This document shows positions 10,750-20,750 of a stretch of DNA of 64,000 nt, in pieces. A program made the translations under genes and the position numbers. The stretch comes from an uncultured Bacteroidales bacterium (GTDB lineage: Bacteria; Bacteroidota; Bacteroidia; Bacteroidales; UBA4417): positions 657,781-721,780 of the forward strand of contig CAWDHU010000015.1 in NCBI GenBank assembly GCA_963802185.1, written 5' to 3'. Within the stretch, counting starts at the first letter, position 1, and each line of letters starts with the position of its first letter. The notes below the pieces were generated by a model. The model did no database searches, had not been told where the DNA came from, and saw only the letters and a list, made by a program, of their open reading frames with translations.

Positions 10750-10780
10750 TTCGGGGTTATTTCCCCGAAATTCTGCTTCG
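10750..10780 (+). terminator. Hairpin after the GntP gene
   Basis: ttcgggg-ttattt-ccccgaa lies just after the stop codon. The T-tail is weak. Confidence 0.4.
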
Positions 10781-10993
10781 TTTGGGAAACTAAACTCCTT
10801 ATTGGTTCCTCATCAGCTCGAGGTAGTTCATTTAAATTCTAAACGCTGGTGTTACAAATGAGCGAAGAGGGATATACATCCTGAAAAAGGAAAAAGTTCT
10901 GGAAACAATTGAAGAAGAAATAAATTATAATGCATCGTCACACAATAAATCCTTGCTATTGTAATTATATAGTAAGTAAAACCCTTGGCACCT

Positions 10994-12214
10994 ATGATAA
11001 AAAATTTAAAGACTGGTACTCTGTTTGTTATTCTGTTGTGTGTAATTAGTATTGCAAGCATGCCGGTATTTGCCCAGCAAACTGATAACAGTTCCGATAG
11101 CCTTTATGCAGCACGCCTCATGCAGCAGAATCTTGAATTGTATAACCAGGTTGATAGCCTCAATCTGCTGATTAAAGGATATAAGATCAGTAATGAGAAA
11201 CAGGATAAGCAGGTTGACTCTTTAAGGAAGGCGATTGCACAAATCCTTGCTGATCAGGCTATGTCTATTACTAAAGCAGATACGTTGGCATCGCAGAGGC
11301 TGAAAGTTAAACAGGAGTTGCTGGATGTAAAACAGCAAATGCTGACGTTAAGTACTGAACTTGAACAAAAGTTGCAGTTGTTGCGCGACCAGGAGTTTCA
11401 ACTTACAGATTGTAAGATTAAACTGAAGGAAGCGCAGATGGCGGCTTCACTCAACGAGGCAAAACTGGAAGGGAAGAACAATGTTAATTCAACAAAAGTG
11501 GAAGCAAAAAACCGGGAAATTGCGTATATGCAGGAATCCATTAAAGAGAAAGATCGAATTATCAGTGAAAAAACTGCAGAACTGGCAAAGTATTATAATG
11601 ATAAAAGCACTTCATTACGTATTGTCGACTCACTTTCCCGAACCCTTAACGCCAGGGAACTGGAACTGGTTAAAGTTACCGAGCGGTTAAATATTATTGA
11701 AGGCCAATACAATAAGATGATTGCAGCACAAACAGCAGCCACTGACAGAAAGAAAAAAATTCGTTTTGTCCAGGGAGTAGCTTTGAAATTCTATCGTACT
11801 CCCGATTGGCAGCTGGCACCGCAAAGTTCTTCAACTACTGCAGTGTATGTAATCTCAAATAAGAACGCCGGGAAAATTGAGTTTGACTATCTTACCGGAG
11901 TTAGCCTGGCGTTGTATGACCTGAGCAAGCCCGATGATAAATATACATCTGATATCGGTATGTTCTTTGGATTTGGTGGTACCAACCTGTTCAAGAATTT
12001 CTTTATAGCACCCAGCTATAAGGCATTCGATTTCTTCCATTTTATGATTGGTATGAATATAGCCGAATACAACCAGCTAAAGAGTGGATTTAATGAAGGC
12101 GATGTTTTACCGCCAGGTATGAGCATCCCCACTGTCAAACAATGGAAGGCGAATCTTTTTTTCGGTCTAACCCTTGATTTCGAATTACTTTCGAATATTA
12201 CAAAGAAAATTTAG
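10994..12214 (+). CDS. Secreted coiled-coil protein of unknown function
   Basis: Signal peptide (LLCVISIASMPVFAQ), a ~230 aa heptad-rich Q/K/E/L region, then a ~150 aa hydrophobic/aromatic C-terminal domain. ATG 10994 is preferred over TTG 10985. Confidence 0.5.
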   Translation: MIKNLKTGTLFVILLCVISIASMPVFAQQTDNSSDSLYAARLMQQNLELYNQVDSLNLLIKGYKISNEKQDKQVDSLRKAIAQILADQAMSITKADTLASQRLKVKQELLDVKQQMLTLSTELEQKLQLLRDQEFQLTDCKIKLKEAQMAASLNEAKLEGKNNVNSTKVEAKNREIAYMQESIKEKDRIISEKTAELAKYYNDKSTSLRIVDSLSRTLNARELELVKVTERLNIIEGQYNKMIAAQTAATDRKKKIRFVQGVALKFYRTPDWQLAPQSSSTTAVYVISNKNAGKIEFDYLTGVSLALYDLSKPDDKYTSDIGMFFGFGGTNLFKNFFIAPSYKAFDFFHFMIGMNIAEYNQLKSGFNEGDVLPPGMSIPTVKQWKANLFFGLTLDFELLSNITKKI

Positions 12215-12330
12215 TTTAAGGATTTAGGGATTGGGATTTAGGGTTAAAGGCTAAAGGTTCAAATGCTTTCAAGATTCAAAGTTTAAAGATCAAGGTTTCA
12301 ATGCTTTCGGCGTATAAAAATCCTCCCGTT

Positions 12331-12375
12331 TCCCTATTTTCTATTTCCCTATTTTCTATTTTCCATTTTCTATTT
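12331..12375. repeat. 15-nt pyrimidine-rich tandem repeat (two perfect copies and one imperfect)
   Basis: tccctattttctatt occurs at 12331-12345 and 12346-12360, then ttccattttctattt at 12361-12375. Confidence 0.8.
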
Positions 12376-12410
12376 TTCCTTCAACCCAACAAACTTAACG
12401 AAATTGGCAG

Positions 12411-12418
12411 TATCTTTG
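12411..12418 (+). promoter_or_regulatory. Bacteroidota-type -7 box (TAnnTTTG) for ssrA
   Basis: tatctttg lies 23 nt upstream of the mature tmRNA 5' end. Confidence 0.4.
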
Positions 12419-12440
12419 CACCCCTTTAGTAACACAATCA

Positions 12441-12814
12441 GGGGCTGACCGGTTTTGACAGCAAGGACAGTGGGATTGTAAGCATGCCGGGACTTTGAGT
12501 GAATGGCCCGCTAAAACCAAATACTCACGCCAACTAAATGGCAACAATTACGATTACGCATTAGCCGCTTAATCACAGTATTAACCTGCTAATTGTCCTC
12601 CGGGAAGCCTCGCCATCCGGCGTTCCGCTAAAGGGCATCGAAAAGGGAAGGATAAGGTTGCCGGAGTCCTGACGGCAGCTCGAAAACCAAAGGGAATAAG
12701 GCAAGGATTGGGTGGCTTTTTGCCGGTTCCTGCCCGACAATCAACTAGAAGCTAAGCATGTAGAAAGCGGTTTTGCTGCTTGTTTGGACCCGGGTTCGAC
12801 TCCCGGCAGCTCCA
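12441..12814 (+). ncRNA. ssrA: tmRNA (SsrA)
   Basis: The 5' ggggctg pairs with the 3' cagctcc acceptor stem. There is a T-arm ggttcgactcc and an internal tag reading frame ggc aac aat tac gat tac gca tta gcc gct taa (GNNYDYALAA stop). Confidence 0.9.
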
Positions 12815-12838
12815 CAAACAAGAAACAAAAATGTAGAT

Positions 12839-12878
12839 AAAGCATTGTATATTAAATATATACAATGCTTTGTTTCTT
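12839..12878 (+). terminator. Rho-independent terminator of ssrA
   Basis: 13-bp stem aaagcattgtata/tatacaatgcttt followed by gtttcttt. Confidence 0.7.
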
Positions 12879-13057
12879 TAATACACCCACTATTACACCC
12901 ATATTATTAGTTGTCATAAGACCAATTGAGCACATTGATTTTCAAAAGATTACAACTAATTTGTTTTGAGGTTTAGTATTAATATCTTTGGATCTCAATA
13001 TGTTTCCCAAGTATTTTATCTCTTTTTTCAATCGAACTCATTTAATATACTGTATCC

Positions 13058-14416
13058 CTAAAAGATCAAACTAAACACAGTTTCCTTTCCCGGAACCGAC
13101 CGTACCTGAAGACTTCCACCATGAAGCCGCATAATTTGTCTGGAAAGGCTCAAACCAATACCTGAGCCGTTTTCTCTGGTGGTAAAGAACGGAACAAAAA
13201 TCTGTTCCAGAATTTCATCCGGAATTCCAGGGCCATTGTCGATTACCCGGATCTCGGGGCGATGCTCAGAATTAAACCCGGCAATTACCTGGATTTTACC
13301 TTCCGGGTTCTTTTCGTTGGCTTGCAAAGCATTTTTTGTTAAATTGATAAGCACCTGCGAAATCAGGTTTTCATCAGCGAAAAGCTCCATTTCCGGAGGG
13401 TTGACGGTTACAGTCAGTTTTATTATTTCACTGTTTTCGAGCGAAGTATACAAAACTTTAATCCTTGAGATAAGTTCTTCTACCCGGAAGATTTTCTTGT
13501 CAGGTTTTGGAAGCCGGGTTAGTTTCCTGTATGACTCAACGAACAACATCAGGCCATTTCCTTGTTCTTTAATGACACTCAAGCCTCGCAGTGTAGTCTG
13601 TATGGTTGTTTCGGTTACTTCTTCCGGAAGAGCGGGTCGCCCATCGATCATGAAAAACTGGCATAGACTTTCAGAGAGTGACGTGATTGGGGCAATCGAA
13701 TTCATAATTTCGTGCATCAGTACCCGAATTAGTTTCATCCACGAATCGAATTCTTTTTCATCCAGTTCATTCCGGATATCCTGAATCGTAAGTAAAATCA
13801 ATTCATTATCCTTTGTTTTGAATGAGGTCGCCTTTAATCGATAGTTGCATAGATTCCCCGTTCACTGTAGTAACAGAAACTAATTTCTGCTGAAATGGCT
13901 GAATATTCCTGTATGGACTGAAAGAGGTTACGGTTAACTCTTTCCAGTTGATTGATGTGGGTGAGCACATCAACTCCCAACATTTTCTTTGCAGCCGAGT
14001 TGGCATGAAGTACAAATCCCTTTGTATCGAAAGTCACGATTCCTGTACCCACGTGTTCGAGCAAGGTTTGAAAATATTGTTCCTGTTGACTGCTTTCAAT
14101 CTTTAACTGCTGAATTTGTTTATTGACTTTGTTGAGGCCCTCATAGATTTCACGGATCGGTTTGTCTGTAATATTTGTTGGAAACGTAAGCATCGAGTCC
14201 TCATTTTGAACCGATTCCAGGAAATAGCTTATTTTTCGATTTGTCGAATTCAGATAAATGACCAGGTTGAAAATCACAATTATGACCAGAACAATGCACA
14301 AAAAAATCAAGATTGTCCGATTGGCCGGAAGCCAGCAAAAAACCGGCGATCAGGCTAAATAAAACAATCAGTATAATCCTGAAAATGATTTGAAAATAGA
14401 AGTTTCGTCCGATCAT
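13058..14416 (-). pseudogene. Sensor histidine kinase (TM-PAS-HisKA-HATPase), frame-disrupted
   Basis: One kinase is split over four overlapping ORFs (14416-14201, 14310-13834, 14015-13806, 13801-13058). It has an H-box [11 protein letters not shown] and a G-box DNGPGI...GSGIGLSL. One shift maps to an A7 run at 14300-14306. The start overlaps the RR stop (ATGA). Confidence 0.75.
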
Positions 14417-15777
14417 TGTCCCGATTTTTTTATCTTGTTATAAAGTGTCTGCCTTGTAATTCCAAGCTGGTCAGCGGCAGCGCTAAGGTTTCCATTGTTT
14501 TTTTCAATGGCAAGATTGATCATCCGTTTTTCCATTTCCTCAAGGGTAAGTTCTGTTTCGTTTGTTCTATCCGAAAAAACCTGCTTCATGAAAAAATCAT
14601 CGGCTTTCAAGACATTTCCTTCACTCAAGATGACAGCTTTCTCAATGGTATGCTGCAGTTCGCGGATATTTCCGGGCCACGAATATTTGAGCAGTTTATC
14701 CTGAGCCTGCTGGTTGATTTTCAGACTGGGTTTGCTGTATTTTGAGGAATACTTCTTCAGGAAAAAATCGGTCAGCACCAGTATGTCGTTTCCGCGTTCG
14801 CGCAGTGGCGGAACTTCAATCTGTATGGTGTTGATCCGGTATAGCAGGTCCTCGCGGAATAATCCTTCGTGTACCATGCTTTCCAGTTTTTTATTGGTGG
14901 CGCAAATCAGCCTGATGTCAATCGGGATGGTTTGATTGGAACCGATTCGTGAAATCTGTCGGTTCTGGATAGCAGCCAGTAGTTTTGCCTGAAGATGAAA
15001 AGAAAGATTGCCAATCTCATCCAAAAAAAGACTGCCTTTATCGGCAACTTCAAATTTTCCGGGTCGGTTTTCGCGGGCATCGGTAAACGCGCCCTTCACG
15101 TGACCAAATAATTCGCTTTCAAACAAGGTTTCGGCGATGGCACCCATGTCAACACTTACTAATACTTCATGCGAACGTTCAGACAATCGGTGAATCTCGT
15201 GGGCAATCAATTCTTTCCCGGTTCCGTTCTCTCCGGTAATCAGTACATTGGCATCGGTTTTAGCCACTTTCCGCACCAGATTCAGCATCTGCATCAGTTG
15301 CGGTGACGAGCCAACAATAAATTTTTGTTCGCGGTTTATTTCCGTTTTCAGTCCCTTCTCTTTTTCCTTCAGCTGGCTCACTTCCTTCTTCGACCAGTTG
15401 AGCTGAAGGGCTGATTTCAGGGTTGCCAGTAATTTGTTATTGTCCCAGGGTTTCAGGAAAAAATCGGTTGCCCCCATCTTCAATGCTTTCACGGTCAACT
15501 CAATATCGCCAAAAGCGGTAATCATGACAACCGAAATCTCAGGATTTGATTCTTTGATTCGTCCAAGCCAATAAATACCTTCATTGCCGGTATTTATTCC
15601 TGCATTAAAATTCATGTCGAGAATAACCAGGTTATATTCTTTCTTCCGCAGTTCTGTCGGAATCCGATTGGGATCGGAAAGCGTAGTGACGGTTTGAAAT
15701 TCAGGAGTCAGGAAAATCTCCAATGCACTTAAAATACTCTTGTTGTCGTCAACAATCAGAATGTTTCCTTTTGCCAT
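14413..15777 (-). CDS. Sigma-54-dependent response regulator (REC-AAA+-Fis HTH, NtrC family)
   Basis: Receiver domain (IVDDN...ILDMNF), Walker A GENGTGKE, sigma-54 contact loop GAFTDA, and a C-terminal HTH AADQLGITRQTLYNKIKK. It is intact at 454 aa. Confidence 0.9.
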   Translation of the reverse strand: MAKGNILIVDDNKSILSALEIFLTPEFQTVTTLSDPNRIPTELRKKEYNLVILDMNFNAGINTGNEGIYWLGRIKESNPEISVVMITAFGDIELTVKALKMGATDFFLKPWDNNKLLATLKSALQLNWSKKEVSQLKEKEKGLKTEINREQKFIVGSSPQLMQMLNLVRKVAKTDANVLITGENGTGKELIAHEIHRLSERSHEVLVSVDMGAIAETLFESELFGHVKGAFTDARENRPGKFEVADKGSLFLDEIGNLSFHLQAKLLAAIQNRQISRIGSNQTIPIDIRLICATNKKLESMVHEGLFREDLLYRINTIQIEVPPLRERGNDILVLTDFFLKKYSSKYSKPSLKINQQAQDKLLKYSWPGNIRELQHTIEKAVILSEGNVLKADDFFMKQVFSDRTNETELTLEEMEKRMINLAIEKNNGNLSAAADQLGITRQTLYNKIKKSGQ

Positions 15778-15917
15778 TTTTTTGATTTAAAGGCTAATCT
15801 GATACGAAAAGCCGGGTTTCTATCAGGCGATTTTAGTTTTTTGACTTTTTAGAGTATTCAAAGGTAATTGGCTTTCTCTCCAAAATCAATAGAGTGTCAA
15901 ATCTTTATACAAACCAT

Positions 15918-15934
15918 TGTCAATTATTTTAACT
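15918..15934 (+). promoter_or_regulatory. Candidate UAS half-palindrome (TGTCAA-N5-TTAACT) for the adjacent RR
   Basis: It resembles TGTCAA-N5-TTGACA at 24588 and sits 54 nt upstream of the -24/-12 motif. Extra TGTCAA/TTGAC half-sites occur at 15895 and 15964. Confidence 0.45.
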
Positions 15935-15988
15935 CAGGCAAAGTCGTTGGCATTCTAAGTTGTTGACTGACAATATGTTTACGATTTT

Positions 15989-16004
15989 GGCATTATTCTG
16001 GCAC
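15989..16004 (+). promoter_or_regulatory. Sigma-54 (-24/-12) promoter of the exporter operon
   Basis: TGGCATTATTCTGGCA has GG and GC at the spacing of the consensus TGGCACG-N4-TTGCW. Confidence 0.6.
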
Positions 16005-16179
16005 ATTCTTTTCAAATATGCAGAAGAATGAAACGAACGCTTGATTTTTGCAAGGGAACGCGGTTATGGGAGTGAGCCCAAAGGAAGATGGAATAGGAAG
16101 AACGAGGGCCGGAATCCGAAGAAAATATTTGAATAACGCATTTCGGGGCCGGAATTGTAGCTTCAAATTTTTTTACGTG

Positions 16180-17438
16180 ATGGGAATGGATAGAATCTTA
16201 GAAAAGAAAAAAGGCCTGAGACCAAGACAAATCATCTGGATAGCCGGAGGATTGGCATTCGCCTTTTTGTTGTACAAAGTAATTTTTGCTGAAACCGGCC
16301 CAACCTTCAGGGCTGAAAAAGACAAGCTAACCATCAGTACAGTGGAAGACGGCTTGTTTAACGACTACATCACAGTAATTGGCCAGGTTGAACCAATCAC
16401 TACTATTTATCTGGATGCTATCGAAAGTGGGCAGATTCAGGAACGTTTCATCGAAGAAGGATCGATGGTTCAGAAAGGCGACGTGATTCTTCGCCTCGAA
16501 AACCGCCAGTTGTATCAAACCATCCTGAACAGTGAAGCTGCTCTGGCCGAAAAGGAAAACTACCTGCGAAATACGCGCATCAGTTTCGAAACAGAGTTGA
16601 TACAGTCGCGCAAAAATATACTTGACAGCCGGTACCGCCTGAACCGTAAAAAACGTTCGTTCGAGCAGAACAAAGCTCTTTTCGACGAACAGCTGATTTC
16701 GAAAGAAGATTATCTGCAGGCCAAAGAAGATTACGAATATGAAGAGAATATGCTCGAAATCAATAAAGTGAAAGCCAAAAACGATTCACTGATCCGGTTG
16801 ACCTCGATGCAATCACTGGAAACCGACCTGGTAAAAATGCGTCAGATGTTGGTGCTGGTACGCGAACGACTCGATAACCTGAACGTGAAAGCTCCGGTTA
16901 ACGGTCAGCTTGGGAATGCTTGAATGCCGAAATCGGACAGCGAGTCAATGAAGGCCAGCGCATTGGACAAATTAACGTACTCGATAATTTTAAAATCAAT
17001 GCCCTGATTGATGAACATTACATCGACCGCGTGGTTCGGGACCTTCCGGCTACTTTAGACCGCAATGGGACCAATTTCAACCTGAAAGTCAGGAAAGTAT
17101 ATCCTGAAGTGCGCAATGGTCAATTTAAAATCGATGTGGTATTTGATGGCACAACACCCGATAATATCCGCACCGGCCAAAGCTACCACATCAAGCTTGA
17201 ACTGGGCGAATCGGGCAAAGCAGTATTACTGCCACGAGGCGGATTCTTCCAAAGTACCGGGGGTCAATGGGTGTTTGTGCTGAACGAAGACGGAACCGAG
17301 GCAACCAAACGCAATATCAGGATCGGCAAACAAAATCCACAGTATTACGAAGTACTTGAAGGCCTCAAAGCCGGTGAACAAGTCATCACTTCAGGGTACG
17401 AAATGTTTGGAACGAACGACAGGATTGTGTTGAAGTAG
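16180..17438 (+). pseudogene. HlyD/MacA-type periplasmic adaptor subunit, one frameshift near 16915-16925
   Basis: ORFs 16048..16923 and 16920..17438 together form one adaptor: TM anchor, coiled coil, and a C-terminal beta domain (PVNGQLGN / NAEIGQRVNEGQRIGQI). The likely start is MGMDRILEKKKG at 16180. Confidence 0.75.
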
Positions 17439-17591
17439 CAGAAAAGACAATGGGCAGAGAGTTCATAACTTGAATCCGGTAGTAGTAATGATAAGATAAA
17501 ACTTTGTATATTATTTTCATAACTTAAATACATTTAGCAAACATTAATTTGTAATTTTAACGAGATAAAACTTCTAATAAAAATAAAAACA

Positions 17592-18291
17592 ATGATCAGA
17601 ACAGTAAATTTAAACAAAGTGTTCCGCACCGAAGAGATTGAAACCAGTGCGTTGAACGAGGTGAACCTTCACATACAAAAGGGCGAATTTGTAGCCATCA
17701 TGGGACCTTCGGGTTGCGGCAAATCAACTTTACTAAATATTATCGGCCTGTTGGACAATCCAACTTCAGGTGAAGTATTATTTCGACAGTCAGGAAGTAG
17801 GCGATTTTAAAGAACGCAACCGCACTTTGCTCCGAAAAGGCAATATTGGCTTCGTGTTCCAGAGTTTTAACCTGATCGATGAGCGTAACGTGTATGAAAA
17901 TGTGGAACTTCCGCTCATCTACCTGAAATTGAGCGCTAAAGAGCGCAAGGAAATGGTCGAAAAAGTGCTGGAACGTATGAAAATAAGTCACCGGAAGAAA
18001 CACTTCCCGCAACAATTATCCGGAGGACAGCAGCAGCGTGTGGCCATTGCGCGTGCAGTGGTTGCCAATCCAAAACTGATTCTGGCCGATGAGCCAACCG
18101 GAAACCTCGATTCGAAAAACGGTCTGGAAGTGATGAAACTGCTCACGGAACTCAACCGCGAAGGAACCACCATCGTGATGGTGACACACTCCATGCACGA
18201 TTCAGAATTTGCACACCGGGTGGTGAATCTGTTCGACGGGCAAATTATTACTGAGGAAGTGAAAAAGCAGATGGGAGAAATGCTGGTCTAA
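17592..18291 (+). pseudogene. ABC transporter ATP-binding protein (MacB/LolD type), one frameshift near 17768-17772
   Basis: Walker [10 protein letters not shown] lies in ORF 17592..17810. The signature LSGGQQQRVAIARA and Walker B LILADEPTGNLD lie in ORF 17770..18291. Confidence 0.8.
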
Positions 18292-18362
18292 ATAGTCTTG
18301 AATGAACATTATACGTGATTAACTGAAGCCCAGGATTTTGAAAACCCAAACGATATCAGTCC

Positions 18363-20727
18363 ATGCAAAACATATTTAAATCAACTTACCGGAATTTCAT
18401 CAGGAAACCAACCACCAACCTTATCAACCTGATTGGGCTGGCAGTGAGTTTAGCCTTGGTTATCGTATTGTCGGTTTATTCGTACAGCGAACTGACCACC
18501 GACAATTACCATAAGAACGGCGATCGGGTTTATCTTTTCGCCGATATGAATGGTCAATTGCATATGCCTGCAATATTAAAAGACCAGATCGATCTGAATA
18601 TTCCGGAAGTCGAATCAACCGTAAGGATGGCCAGCACATGGGAAACTCCTGTATTCCAGGTCGGAGATCGTGAACCGATAACTTCGGATCTTGTTTTTGC
18701 AGACGAGGATTTCTTCCAACTATTCACCTACCGACCGGTTGAAGGCAATCTCGAAACTTCGTTGAAAGAACCCATGACCATTGTTCTTACCAAAACTCTT
18801 GGCCAAAAAACTTTTTGGAAACGAACCAGCACTGGGCAAAACGGTGAAGCTGAACAACGATAAAGAACTAACAGTTTCAGCAGTTATTAATGAGCCTGAA
18901 GCCAATTCAAGCCTGTCTTTCAGCGCGTTAACCTCAATTGCCACGCGCAAAATTGTTCTTCCCACTGATGGCGAGTTTACTGATTGGGGATGGTGCAGTT
19001 TCCTGACATTCACACTTTTAAAAGAAGGAACTAACCCGGATGAAACTGCGAAAAAGATCATCGCTCTTTTCCCGAAGAACGATCAGGAGAAATACTCTAA
19101 ATTGAAACTGAATCCATTTGGGAAAATCTATTTTTCCAAATTTGCACTTGGTGGAACCAATTATCTGCATTGTGGCGACAAACGAAAAGTAATGATCCTG
19201 ATGATGGTGGCAGCACTGGTACTGATGATTGCATTGGTCAATTTTATTAACATTTCTTCTTCACAATGGATGGAGAAAATCAGGCAAACAGGTGTTCAAA
19301 AGTGTTTGGCGCTGGTAATGTGAACATCCTCATAAATTCACTTTCCGAAGCCTTTATTCTGTTTTTGATGTCGCTTTTTTTTGCAATCCTGATCGTTCGG
19401 GCTCTATTCCCATTCATCAGTAGCATTACCGGAATTCAGTTCAATATTCAATTGCTTTACAAGCCTTCTTTCCTGATGGTTTCCATTGCCGTAACTTTTA
19501 TCCTTAGTATGGTTTTCAGTATTATTCCAGCCTTACGCATCTCCTCGTCGAAAGCAGTTGACAACCTGAAGAAAACAGTTGCAAGGGGTTCTAAAAATTC
19601 CTTTTCCCAGGGACTTCTGGTGACTACCCAATTTGTAATTGCTATTGTGCTAATCGCTTTTACCATTTTGGTTCAAAAGCAGGTTAACTTTGGAAGTAGC
19701 AAACTGGGATTTTATCAGAAAAACATAATAGGTATCAAGTTAACACCACAGTTGAACGGGAAAAAAGAGGTGCTCAAAAAGTTGCTACAGGACAAACCTA
19801 CTGTTACAGAAATCTCGTTTACTCAATATTACCCGGGAAACATGCTTTCGAACTGGAGAACAAATCAGGAAATAAACGGCGTGAGAAAAGAACTCAGTTT
19901 TGATACATTTAATGCTGATGCCAACTTCTGTTCAATGATAGGATTACAACTTATACAAGGACGCTTTTTCTTAGAAGACCTGGCTACCGACCAGCATAAA
20001 ATGATTGTGAATGAAAGCTTCCTTCGGGAAAACAAAATAGACAATCCGATTGGCGCTAAATTCATGATGGGCTTTGGTATGGATGCAGGCCTTTCCGAAA
20101 TAATCGGTGTAGTAAAAGATTTTCATTACAAAGCGGTCAACCAGCCCATCATAGCGTTGGTCATACAAAATGAACCGGATGCATCCTATTGCCTTGTCAA
20201 ACTGCAAACCAACGATTTCACTTCACTGCATACAACCATTCAGGATATCAAAAAAGTAACCAAAGACCTTTCTCCTTCTTTTCCGGTCGAAATCACCTTT
20301 TTCGATCAGGCTATTGAGAATATGTATAAATCGGAATTACAATTTCAACACACCTTTTCACTGTTTGCCGGAATGCGCTATTGTGATCTGTTGCATGGGA
20401 ATTTTCGCCATGTCGCTGTTTGCTTGTCAGCGCCGGATCAAGGAGATCGGCATTCGTAAGGTAAACGGAGCCCGTATTTCAGAAGTAATGACAATGCTGA
20501 ACCGCGACTTTGTGAAATGGGTTGCCATTGCCTTTGTAGTTGCCACGCCCATTGCCTGGTTCATCATGAACAAATGGCTCGAAAGTTTTGCCTACAAAAC
20601 TGACTTGAGTTGGTGGATTTTTGCCCTGGCTGGAATACTGGCCCTGGGAATTGCGCTATTGACGGTGAGCTGGCAAAGCTGGAAAGCAGCGACAAGGAAC
20701 CCGGTGGAAGTATTGAGGTATGAGTAG
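18363..20727 (+). pseudogene. MacB-like FtsX-domain ABC permease (~788 aa), three frameshifts
   Basis: Four overlapping ORFs (18363-18863, 18781-19323, 19266-20459, 20314-20727) read as one permease. The shifts are near 18800, 19298-19301 (an A4 run) and 20367-20382. The C-terminal FtsX motif is EIGIRKVNGA. Confidence 0.8.
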
Positions 20728-20750
20728 CCATTCAAATTAAAAATGAAATT

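Noticed and set aside
12815-13057. A genomic island integrated at the tmRNA 3' end
   Set aside because: There is no integrase ORF, and I could find no second copy of the ssrA 3' segment (ggttcgactcccggcagctcc) downstream in the window.
13179-13784. 201-aa ORF on the plus strand
   Set aside because: It is entirely antisense to the HisKA/HATPase part of the histidine kinase. It is Ser/Ile-rich and low in complexity with no motifs, so it is a shadow ORF.
16048-16179. N-terminal extension of the HlyD ORF from a TTG start
   Set aside because: The sequence is Arg/Gly-rich and not protein-like, and it overlaps a leader hairpin. Adaptor homologs start at MDR...KKKG.
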